A stretch of DNA of 64,000 bases from Azolla caroliniana (Eukaryota; Plantae; Polypodiophyta). Of the stretch, positions 50,901-61,160 are shown piece by piece; position 1 is the first letter of the stretch, and each line of letters starts with the position of its first letter. Where the stretch lies: NCBI GenBank assembly GCA_043228905.1, contig JBHGNT010000002.1, forward strand, positions 17,360,001 through 17,424,000, given 5' to 3'. The translations under genes and the position numbers were made by a program. A model generated the notes under the pieces. That model saw only the letters and a program-made list of their open reading frames with translations. It ran no database searches and was not told the origin of the DNA.

Positions 50901-51882
50901 TTTGGAGCTTACTCAACATTGGGTCTGGTCTGACGGAGCTGCGTCACAATTCAAGGCTCGACGTCCATTTTATTTTGTGGGGAGGTATCCTGCTATAACA
51001 AGTTTGGAGATGAGATGGAATTTTTTTGGGTCTGGCCATGGTAAAGGTGAACATGATGGTGCAGGGGCTGTTATAAAGCGGGCACTTACCCATGAACAAC
51101 TAAAGACAGATGGTGTGCACATGAATTGTGCATCACATGTAGTTGAATTTTTAAGAACAAATATGTCGACGAGTGCCACAGGTGTTTATTCCTCGCAAGT
51201 TCGAGATATCAAACGTGAATTTTGGGAAGTGAAGATAGATGAAGTAAATAGGGAGAAGACCTGGGAGTGCCAAGGAATTCCCGAATTGCGATCTCTGCAT
51301 GCTGTTCGCGGTTATTCCAGGTTGGATGGTCATTGTATTGCGGTTAGAGAATTGACTTGTTTTTGCTTCCATTGTGTGCAGGGAAATTGGAGATATTGTC
51401 TAAACAAAGCATACACTCAGAATTGGGAGTATCACACTCTGAATGATAAGGAAGCAGTTGATGGAGAAACAGGGCAGAATGCTGACTTCACATATGAGGG
51501 ACTTGGAGATACTTTGAGTGATGTCCTGAACGTTGGGGATAACTTCGCTGTAAATGCTGAAGAAGGCAATTCAGAGGGTGCTGATTTCTATATATTAAAG
51601 TGCACGGTTAGTAAACAGTGTGCAAGGCAGAATATTGTAGATGCATGGGGAAATTTTGTATCTGCCGGGACATTCTACATCGAAGGCATTTTTTATGCAA
51701 AACTAGATGACTACGAATATGTGTACAGGCTGTTAGAAGACAAACCAGCGGCGTATATGTACTCTCATTTGGTCAGATGCATCAACGTCCCAATGTCAGA
51801 ATACAATAGCTGCTCCGGTTTATACACTGTTGGTGCTAATGTGTATGAATGTATTTACAATAGTATGCCATGGAATTTGTAG
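47975..51882 (+). CDS. Spliced Sola2-like transposase, ~863 aa (exons 47975-48724 and 50041-51882; premature TAG at 48689)
   Basis: Phase-0 intron CAG|GTATTT...ACTAAT..CGCAG|GTC joins the two frames. Motifs CCCIYH, VVDFAENY, QSMHW, ISDD.KHD, WSDGAASQFK, WNFF..GHGKGEHDGAG..IKR. Confidence 0.85.
48770..50022. repeat. Intronic array of 20-bp units containing the palindrome (T)AGCTAATTAGCTA
   Basis: AGCTAATTAGCTAC plus a variable 6 nt (CATGAT, TACGAC, TAGGAC, TAGAAT, TATACC). Confidence 0.95.
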
Positions 51883-52229
51883 CTACAAGTAGCACTTACC
51901 ATGTTCTCTTATAAAACAAACATGTATTTCGCGAAAACAGATCAATAAATTCGTTTGGAATCAATTTCTTGTATACAGTCTGCTTTCTGTGCTTCTTTCT
52001 CAATAAAATCATGTCTTTTTTGTTAAGTTTTAAGTTATAAGTTATAGCGAAATAGTCATCAGTAGCTAATTAGCTGTACAAATGCAGCTAATTAGCTGTC
52101 AATAGCTAAATAGTCATCAATAGAATGAAATCAACAATCTGCAACATATTCCTCAAATTACACAGTAGATAAGTACAGTGGGAACAAGTAATTAAATTCT
52201 TCATTGAATAATGTCATCTCTTTACATAT

Positions 52230-53247
52230 TTATAAATTACCATTGGAAATGTCTACAAATCTCCTATAAACAGCTAAGCTCTTGCTAGTCAGTGGAACGA
52301 GTCTACATATATTATCCGCATATTGAGCTCGGTATGGAGTCCACAACCATGCACCTAGTTGGCAGCTCACTGTTTGCACCAGGTACTGTTCAGGCATTTC
52401 CTCGGGTAGAATGAGACAGCATCTCCGAATATTGAAGTAGTGTCAGAAATGTTCTGTATCCAAAATCAATGTATTGTCAGCATTATATTCAGGCCAAGTA
52501 GCCCAAAAATCAGAAAGCCTCTTGAATCTTGCAGCTTCCATCTGCTCACAATTTTCTCGTGCCCATTGACCTTTAAAACGACTTCGCCATTTTGGGAAGA
52601 ATCTTGCCAAACACTTCCACACATCTGATTTTGGTTTTTCACTCCAAATAAACAAATCGAAGTACTCCGCAGCCCACTCTAGAAACTGATTTGCGTCCCT
52701 CCTTGGCTGCATATATCTCACACTCATCAAGACTTTATCCAGCTCCAAGATCAAGGCTCTTCACTCGACTTCTAGTGGTTTAGGTTTCCATTCCTGAAAC
52801 TGAGCCGCTGTTACACCATTTTCTGGTAGGATACGATCAATCTCAATCAGCTCAGGTTCGGCTGACACAACTGGTGTCCTTTTCCTCTTTAAACCCCTAG
52901 TCGACTGTGTTGGGCCTAGCTTCACATTCTGGTGCTCTTGTTTTGTCGACTTAGTTATCAATCCTTGGATTACCTCAGTGCATGTAGCTACTGTTCTGCT
53001 CGATATCAATCCACTGGTATCACATGCTGCATCTACCTGCAACACCAAGTCATCCGTGCTACATGCTGCATCTACCTGCAACACCAAGTCATCCGTGCTA
53101 CATGCTTGATCAACTTGTGTGACCAGATCACTTGTGTCAGTTGCTACATCTACTTTCAAGATGGGGCCCTTTAAACATGCCGCAACATCAACAGTATCCA
53201 CACTGCCATTGGCCTTACGAGCAATAGAATCAAACCCTTTAGACTCT
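52230..53247 (-). pseudogene. Last exon or separate gene: DxAxxT repeats, basic NLS-like patch, FCP1/NIF-like HAD domain; two in-frame TGA
   Basis: One frame across stops at 52761 and 52443: LILELDKVL..PRRDANQFL..YFDLFIWS..RENC..FKRL..NTLILD. Acceptor TTGCAG at ~53248. Confidence 0.7.
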
Positions 53248-53494
53248 GCAACATCAAAAAACACCAACATATTCACACTCACAAAGTAACTACTAGTCTC
53301 ACAAAACAATATCCTGAACATCAAAGAGTTTCAGTCATAGAACAACACTCTTCAAATTATCTTGGAAAAACATCATAGAGTTCCATTACATAATGTGGAT
53401 CAAGCAACAACCAATCTGAGGTTTTACTTGTCCAACAGGATAGTAAAACTTCATAAAACCCTAGCAAAATCCCTAAGCTAACAATCATATCCAA

Positions 53495-56400
53495 CTAAAC
53501 AGTATTTCGCTCCACTACGTCTGGGCCCCTTGACCGAGTAACTGGTCTTGTTCCCGATCGTGGCCCCTTCTTCAGCCTTTTTCTGGTTGGTTCCCCATTT
53601 AGCCTTGCTTCTAGGACCCAATGCGCAAGTGTGTCCTCCTCCGACAACCTTCCCATCGCCTCAGCAGCTAATTGCACATCAGCCGTTTCTTGAACTAGCT
53701 TTTCAAGTACAGAGGGATCTGTTTGGACATTTTCAGTAGTTGGGCTCGGTGGGGTGGAATCAAGGTCTTGAGACTCGAAGAAATGTTGCATCAAGTGTTC
53801 ATAAACACTGTTGTTGTGAACCTCAGTTTTACATGTTGTTTCCACTATTTCATGGCATTTCACATCGTTGCCTAATTCAGTACACTGTTCCAAAAGAATA
53901 GGGTGCAGCTGATCTGAAGGAGATGTGATAGCAGGACTCTTACTTTCAGCCACATTGGCAGTAGTATCCTCATCTGTTGCAGCATCATCAGCACCAGACA
54001 CATCATGTGCCGTCCTTAATCCACAAGATTCTACAATAACATGACAGTTATTTAGGATAGCTAATTAGCTACTTTACTAAACTATGGTAGAAGCTAGGAT
54101 AGCTAATTAGCTAGTACGATAGCTAATTAGCTAGTATGATAGCTAATTAGGTACTTTACTCAACTATGGTAGTAGTTAGGATAGCTAATTAGGTACTTTA
54201 CTCAACTATGGTAGTAGTTAGGATAGCTTATTAGCTACTAGGACAGCTAATTAGCTGCCAGTAGCTAATTAGCTACTAGGATAGCTAATTAGCTGCCAGT
54301 AGCTAATTAGCTACTAGGATAGCTTATTAGCTACTTTACACAACTATGGCAGTAGCTACTAGGATAGCCAATTCGCTAGTAGGATAGCTAATTAGTTGCC
54401 AGCAGCTAATTAGCTACTAGGATAGCTAATTAGTTGCCAGTAGCTAATTAGCTAGTAGGATAGCTAATTAGGTACTTTACTCAACTATGGTAGTAGCTAA
54501 TTAGCTAGTAGGATAGCTAATTAGCTACTTTACTCAACTATGGTAGTAGCTAATTAGCTAGTAGGATAGCTAATTAGCTACTAGGATAGCTAATTAGCTG
54601 CTAGTAGCTAATTAGCTACTAGGATAGCTTATTAGCTACTTTACACAACTATGGCAGTAGCTAATTAGTTACTAGGATAGCTAATTAGTTGCCAGTGGCT
54701 AATTAGCTAGTAGGATACCTAATTAGCTTTTTTACACAACTATAGTACTAGCTAATTAGCTAGTACCATAGCTAATTACCTACTAGGATAGCTAATTAGC
54801 TAGTAGGATAGCTTATTAGCTACTTTACACAACTATAGTAGTAGCTAGGATAGCTAATTAGCTACTATGGTAGCTAATTAGCTACTTTACTCAACTATGG
54901 TAGTAGCTAGGATAGCTAATTAGCTACTTTACTAACTATGGTAGTAGCTAGGATAGCTAATTAGCTACTTTATTAACTATGGTGGTAGCTAGGATAGCTA
55001 ATTAGCTACAATGAAAGCTAATTAGCTACTTTCTCAACTATGTAGTAGCTAGGATAGCTTATTAGCTACTAGGACAGCTAATTAGCTGCCAGTAGCTAAT
55101 TAGCTACTAGGATAGCTAATTAGCTGCCAGTAGCTAATTAGCTACTAGGATAGCTTATTAGCTACTTTACACAACTATGTCAGTAGCTAATTAGCTACTA
55201 TGATAGCTAATTAGCTAGTAGGATAGCTAATTAGTTGCCAGTAGCTAATTAGCTAGTAGGATAGCTAATTAGCTTTTTTACACAACTATGGTACTAGCTA
55301 ATTAGCTAGTACCATAGCTAACTAGCTACTAGGATAGCTTATTAGCTACTTTACACAACTATGTCAGTAGCTAATTAGCTACTATGATAGCTAATTAGCT
55401 AGTACGATAGCTAATTAGCTAGTAGGATAGCTAATTAGCTAGTAGGATAGCTAATTAGTTGCCAATAGCTAATTAGCTAGTAGGATAGCTAATTAGCTTT
55501 TTTACACAACTATGGTACTAGCTAATTAGCTAGTACCATAGCTAACTAGCTACTAGGATAGCTTATTAGCTACTTTACACAACTATGGCAGTAGCTAATT
55601 AGTTACTAGGATAGCTAATTAGTTGCCAGTGGCTAATTAGCTAGTAGGATAGCTATTTAGCTTTTTTACACAACTATGGTACTAGCTAATTAGCTAGTAC
55701 CATAGCTAATTAGCTACTAGGATAGCTAATTAGCTAGTAGCTCATTAGCTGCCAGTAGCTAATTAGCTAGTAGGATAGCTAATTAGAAAAGACTAAGCTT
55801 ATTAGCTACAGTATGGTATACCTGTTTGTTTTCTCCACTCATTTGGTAGAGTTGTACTGCAATCTCCCAAACAGAATGCAGCAATTCGACAGGCATGTTG
55901 AAAACAAAGCAGATGGTATGTGTGGTTGCATGGTTGTAGGTGAACCAACAAAGACGCAGTTTTGTCCTCCACACCTAACCCGCAAGCGATGCAACGTGCT
56001 TGAACTGTCAATAAATCATTTTCTGGTTCTACTTCATTTGGTAAGGGAGCAAGAATGTTCAGGTCCAAATCCTGTCTGGTCCTTACCATTCCCTCCACAA
56101 AATGTAGCTTCTTCTTAAGGCAGCTAACTACCTGTTCTTGATGAATGTATTGTTCCTTCAACGCAACAGAGAAATTTACCGATTAATTATTCTTGTTGTT
56201 GAAAGATACACCAACTTTGCTCAGGAATCGTTAACTTACTTGAAGCTTATCCAAATTGTAATCTGCAACAGTATTTACACCTAGAAGGTCCAGGTTCATT
56301 GAAAGAACCTGGATCTCTATTTGCAGTTCTATTTTACGCTGGGGATCCAGTGGCCCCTCTAATTCAAGCTCCTGTTGCGCAACCTATTCCAGATAATGCT

Positions 56401-57676
56401 TGATTAGCACATTTTACCCGTTATTTATAACACAATCACATACCAGCAAAACAATAGTTACCTGAATCTTATTTCTAATTGTTGTAACAGCAGAAGTAAC
56501 TTTGCTCTCCATTGCAGAAGCCATTGTGGCTTTCTCTAAATCAGTCTTAAAAAATGCCAATGTCTCACAGGCTTCATGGACATTTTTTAGCATATAGCTA
56601 ACCAATGTCTCACCTGTATCATCGACATTGGCTTTCCTTGGGTGTCGGTGTGGTGTATGCCCCCGGTCTTGCTGGGAGTCGGCAGTTGCATCAACAGCTG
56701 CCATGCTCCAAAATCTGTCTATTTTTTGTGCCAAGGTCCCCATCTTTCGGCATCTTTTTACCGATGCCTCACCATAGACTGCCCAAGCTACCCTATACAT
56801 TTCAGGGTCTCTAGATTCCTTCGCTGTTTTGCAGTACTCATATGCAAATGCTCTAGCAAATGAAACTGACAACTCATTGTTGACTGGGATCTCCTGATGA
56901 ACTTTCTGGTGCAGTCTCATGCAATCATCGTACAAGTCGGCTCGTACATGCTTCAGCTTGACCTTGCCTTTGACTCTAGGCACTGTATATACTGTCATCC
57001 AGTCTATATCACTGATCAATTTATCACTGAGGACAGCAGGGTCAACACCCTCGAGTGACAGACCATAGGTGTTGTGGAAGTCCTCCTTTGTCTCGCAAAA
57101 TTTTGCGAAGTTTAGCACTCTCGTATACGGAGGAACGAGCCATCTGAAATATCATTTCAGAAATAAAAAATAGTGCAAAATCAGAATATGTGAGAATCAA
57201 AAACCCCAATCAACAACAACAAAAATGGTGCAAAATCTTTAACTTAACCTAATCAAAATCTGTAATCAGAAGTTTGAAATCAGAAACCCTAATCAAAATC
57301 TGTAATCAGAAGTTTGTAACCAGAAACCTTATTCAGAAATTCTAATCAGAAATTTATAATCAAAAACCCTAATCAGAAATTTCAATCAGAAACCCTAATA
57401 AAAAATTTCAATCACAAACCCTAATCAGAAATCCTAAGCAGAAATTTATAAACAAAAACCCTATTCAGAAATTCTAATTTGTAATCAAAATTTGTAACCA
57501 GAAACCCTATTCAGAAATTCTAATCAGAAATTTATAATCAAAAACCCTAATCAGAAATTTCAATCACAAACCCTAATCAGAAATTTCAATCACAAACCCT
57601 AATCACTAAAGACAGGATTAAACACAAAAAAAGTAATATAAACACACCTGTTGCTACTCCCCGATTTGCGAGACAT
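53495..57676 (-). CDS. Multi-exon cargo gene: unknown N-terminal domain, coiled coil, RING-H2 finger, acidic region
   Basis: Exons 57676-57648, 57143-56462, 56383-56240, 56155-55822 and 54030-53495 join in frame through GT-AG introns. RING CIAC..PCNHTYHLLC..CLGDC. Confidence 0.78.
54055..55808. repeat. Second, more complex TAGCTAATTAGCTA array inside predicted intron 4 of the cargo gene
   Basis: Same palindrome with 17-, 20- and ~35-40-bp spacing (longer spacer TTTACACAACTATGG). Confidence 0.95.
57240..57606. repeat. AAACCCTAATC (telo-box-like) tandem array in intron 1 of the cargo gene
   Basis: Repeated AATCAGAAACCCT/AATCAGAAATTT units. Confidence 0.88.
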
Positions 57677-58760
57677 CCTTGTATGGGACTCCAAGGACTT
57701 CGCCCTATTCGATTTTGGGGAAATATGAATCGGCACCAAAGTTCAGACAGTAGTCAAAAAGAAAAAACAAATGTTTGGGGTTTCTGTAACTGAAACATAC
57801 CTGGACGATGATCGAGCGGGTTCTGTGTTGTAGCTCTCAATCTGCAATGTCGATTTTTTGCTGTTGCGGGAGCTACGTCTGCGTTCGTGCTCTGAGTACT
57901 CCATCTGCGTTCAAAATCAGACTTAGGCTAAACAGGAAATTGATGACATTGAAGTCGACCTTAGATGATGGTGATATTCCCCAAGTTCCACTACGTCTGA
58001 AACAGAAGTTCAAATATTTGAGTTTTTTCATAAATTAGTTTTTCAAATATTTGATTTTCCCACAAGAAAGACTAGCTAAACAAATAGCTAATTAGCTATG
58101 GCCATTTTAGTAGCTAATTAGCTATAATAGTGTTTCCACTCGCATGCTTTTACCCTAAGGCATTTTTTAACATCTCCCTAAGATATGAAAAAGAGAATGC
58201 GACATATTACCTGTTTCAAATGACCCGGTGTTAGCTGTCTTTTGGAACCTTGTCACACCTCTTCCATTCCTAATCATGTCGTGCTAACTCCGGCCTCTCT
58301 CCAACTTGCTAGCGGCCCTAAATATGAGGTAGCTGCTATTCTCAATTCTAAGATTGTGCGGAATAAGCTCTCTGTTATCTGGTTGATTGGGTAGGCTATC
58401 CTCCGAGTGATCGCACTTGGGAACTTGTCAATAATGTTTCTAATGATCAAGCTCTTGTCGATGACTTCCATTGCCGCTATCCAAACGAGTTGGGCCCTAC
58501 ATTGTTAACGCCACCTTCCACTCGTTATTCTTGGAGGGGAGATAGTGTCATCTATGAATAGATAAACATCATGGCTTCACCCGGGATTGAACCCAAGACA
58601 TTGTAATACATAATCAAGAACCTAACAATTAAGATAGCCTATAATCATATCAATGATAAAAGCCACTTCTTGTAATACACTGATTATTGTAAATACTCTA
58701 GAACATTCTAGAACATTCTAGAATATCCTAGAACATCTTTGAATATTCTAGGTCTTAAGA

Positions 58761-60900
58761 AGCCGAACTATGACCGACCGGAATCGGATGGGTCATCAAC
58801 CAAGCCGACTCGGATGGTTCACAATATTCGATTCGATTAGGAGTAAAGGTTCTCAATGAAAGGAAAAGAGGATATGCACAAGTTAAAGGAGAATTATGGG
58901 GAGTCATGTCGGTGATAAAATCGGATCGAGATTATTTGATCAAAGCCGAAGTATTGATCGAAACATATTGTCTTATGATACTAGAGATGATGCGATATTG
59001 CACGGTACCAGATGTAGCTATTCTAAGATGGATTGCATATTTAAAATCATTTAATCCGGAGGTATGACACATCTCGGGAAAAGACAACGCGGTAGTAGAT
59101 ATGCTATCAAGGGCACGGTTTGGAGACAACGTAGCCGAATTGGATAATGAAGAAGTTGCCGAAGACTACTTTACTTCGGAGCACATATGCCAAGTGAGCA
59201 TAATTTGGGAGTTCCGGGAAGACAAATACGAGGGAAAAAGCTTGTTGATCGGAAAAGTGTTCCAAGAAATCAAGGAATCATCGGACAATAAGGAAAAGAG
59301 GGTTGAGATCCAAAGGAAGAAACAACAAGTTCGGAAGTTCTTCTTAAACAATGGATTAATCTAGAAGGAGCCGAAAAGACCAGATAACATACCACTACGG
59401 GTAGTAGGCATAAAGGAACAAGATAATATCCGAATTTCACGAATCTGATTGGGCTGGTCATCAGGGAACATGGGTGACATTTGCAAAGATCAAGAAAAAA
59501 TATTGGTGGAAGAATATGTATAAGGATGTAGCGGAGTTCACCGAAAGCTGCGAGAAATGTCAAATCTACACCGGAGTTCCATCGTAAAAGCACTTGCAAA
59601 AGCATGCGATGGAAGGGTGAAGGTTTGGTTGTTGATGTTTCCATATGCACTATAGGCGGATCGCTCAATGCATAGTTTCATGACCGGTTATATGCCAACA
59701 GAAATGATGACTAGACAAGCTCTGGTAATGCCTACGGAAACCACAATTTCGACATGGACGGTGCTACCATGGAAGGCAAAGATGAGTCGAGAAGAAATTC
59801 TAGTAGTCTGGATACAACAACTAGAAAGAAGACTGAAAGCCATAATGGAAGCAGTATGTCGACAACAAGAAGTGCGATTTCGAAGTAAACGTCTATTCCA
59901 CAAAAAACATCAACTTTGACCACAGAAGATTGAAGAAGGTGATTGGGTGATAGACTACGATAGTAGTTTGGATCATCAATACAGAATGATAAGGAAATTC
60001 ACTCGAAGGTGGTTCGAACCATACGAGATTTGAAAAGTATTCAATAACAGAACTTACCGGCTAAGTGAGCTAGATGGAACAATACTTCAAGTGCCTATAG
60101 CGGTGAAGTGGGTGAAGATATTCAAGAAGCGAAGTGACATTGAACCCTACGTAACCTTAAATAACACCGACACGGAGAAGCAATCAAACAAGGATCACAA
60201 GGGTGTGGAAAGAGAAGAAAGTAGGCTAGAATTAATAATCGACATAGGGGAAGAGACGTAAGGTGCTACGGATGTAGGAGAGTAACAAACACCGACAACT
60301 TTGGCACATATCGAAGGATGTGCAAGTTCGGAGGGGGTGAGTGTCGTAGTGTAATTTGTACACTACGTGAAATATGTACAGAGTACCCACTTAAATAAAT
60401 ATAAAGAAATAGAAGAAAATACAAAATATACATTACCTACATAGGGCAAGATTCGAACCCTACATAACCTTAAATAACACCGACAAAGAGAAGCAATCGG
60501 AAAAGGATCACGGGGGTGTGGAAAACGAAGAAAGTAGGCTAGAATTAATAATCGACATAGGGGAAGACACAAAGGGTGCTATAGATGAAGGAGAGTAACA
60601 AACATCGACAACTTCGGCACATACCGGAGGATGTGCAAGTTCGAAGGGGGTGAGTGTCGTAGTGTAATTTGTACACTACGTGAAATATGTACAAAGTACC
60701 CGATTAAATAAATATAAAGAAATCAAAGAAAATACAAAAATATACATTACATGCATAGGGCAAGATTCAAACCATATACCTCCATGTTAACAATTTCAAG
60801 CCTTACAATTATACTAACACATTATGAGTATTAATGTTATAAATTTTAGTTATACAAAAGTTTATCCGACGCAAATATTCTAGATAAGCATGATAGAAAA
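58761..60900 (+). mobile_element. Gypsy family D 3' part: RNase H/integrase remnants, PPT and start of 3' LTR, with a ~313-bp duplication
   Basis: RGYAQVKGELWG, GKDNAVVDMLSR. GGAGGGGGTGAG|TGTCGTAG at ~60342 and a variant at ~60655. Confidence 0.78.
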
Positions 60901-60939
60901 CATTATTCATGCATGAACACTTGAGTTAAAAGAAAAAGT

Positions 60940-61160
60940 AAGGGCTTTCAAAAGAAGAAAGGTGTCGATTTCGATGAAATGGAAATGACCTCCATTCGAA
61001 TAGTGATGAGCATTGCGGCCAACATGGATCTAGAAGTAGAACAGATGGACGTCAAGACAACATTTCTACATGGGGATTTAGAGGGTAAAATCTATATGCA
61101 GCAACCAGAAGGAATCGTCGAGAAGGGAAAAGGGAATATGGTGTGTCGGTTAAGGAAGTG
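60940..61160 (+). pseudogene. Copia RT fragment
   Basis: DLEVEQMDVKTTFLHGDL..YMQQPEG..VCRLRK. Confidence 0.8.

Larger units (their letters stand above)
39677..58155 (+). mobile_element. Sola2-like DNA transposon (18.5 kb; ~11.6 kb without the nested gypsy)
   Basis: 25-bp TIRs GGGT(G/A)AAAGCATGCGAGTGGAAACA at 39677-39701 and 58131-58155. TSD TAAG at 39673-39676 and 58156-58159. GRG..CYC ends and DDD-type transposase. Confidence 0.85.
37112..58232. mobile_element. Non-autonomous DNA transposon (~2.6 kb net) with 37-bp TIRs and 4-bp TSD AGCT
   Basis: TIRs 37112-37148 and 58196-58232 (3 mismatches). Removing the element restores host codons H-P-V-I-H-S-C-L-L-E-P. Confidence 0.88.
35025..58760 (+). 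mobile_element. Second Tcn1-like gypsy, heavily deleted, host of the DNA transposons
   Basis: Homologous LTR pieces at ~35025-35285 and 58546-58755. RT 35290-35800, integrase 36495-37111, chromodomain remnant 58237-58530, PPT 58533-58545. Confidence 0.82.

Noticed and set aside
57240-57606. Telomere or interstitial telomeric tract
   Set aside because: Not contiguous (CCCTAAA)n; cores are interspersed within a longer unit inside an intron.
37112-58232. Assigning the transposase to the outer 37-bp TIRs
   Set aside because: An inner TIR pair with its own TSD (TAAG) and Sola2-type GGG..CCC ends encloses both genes.
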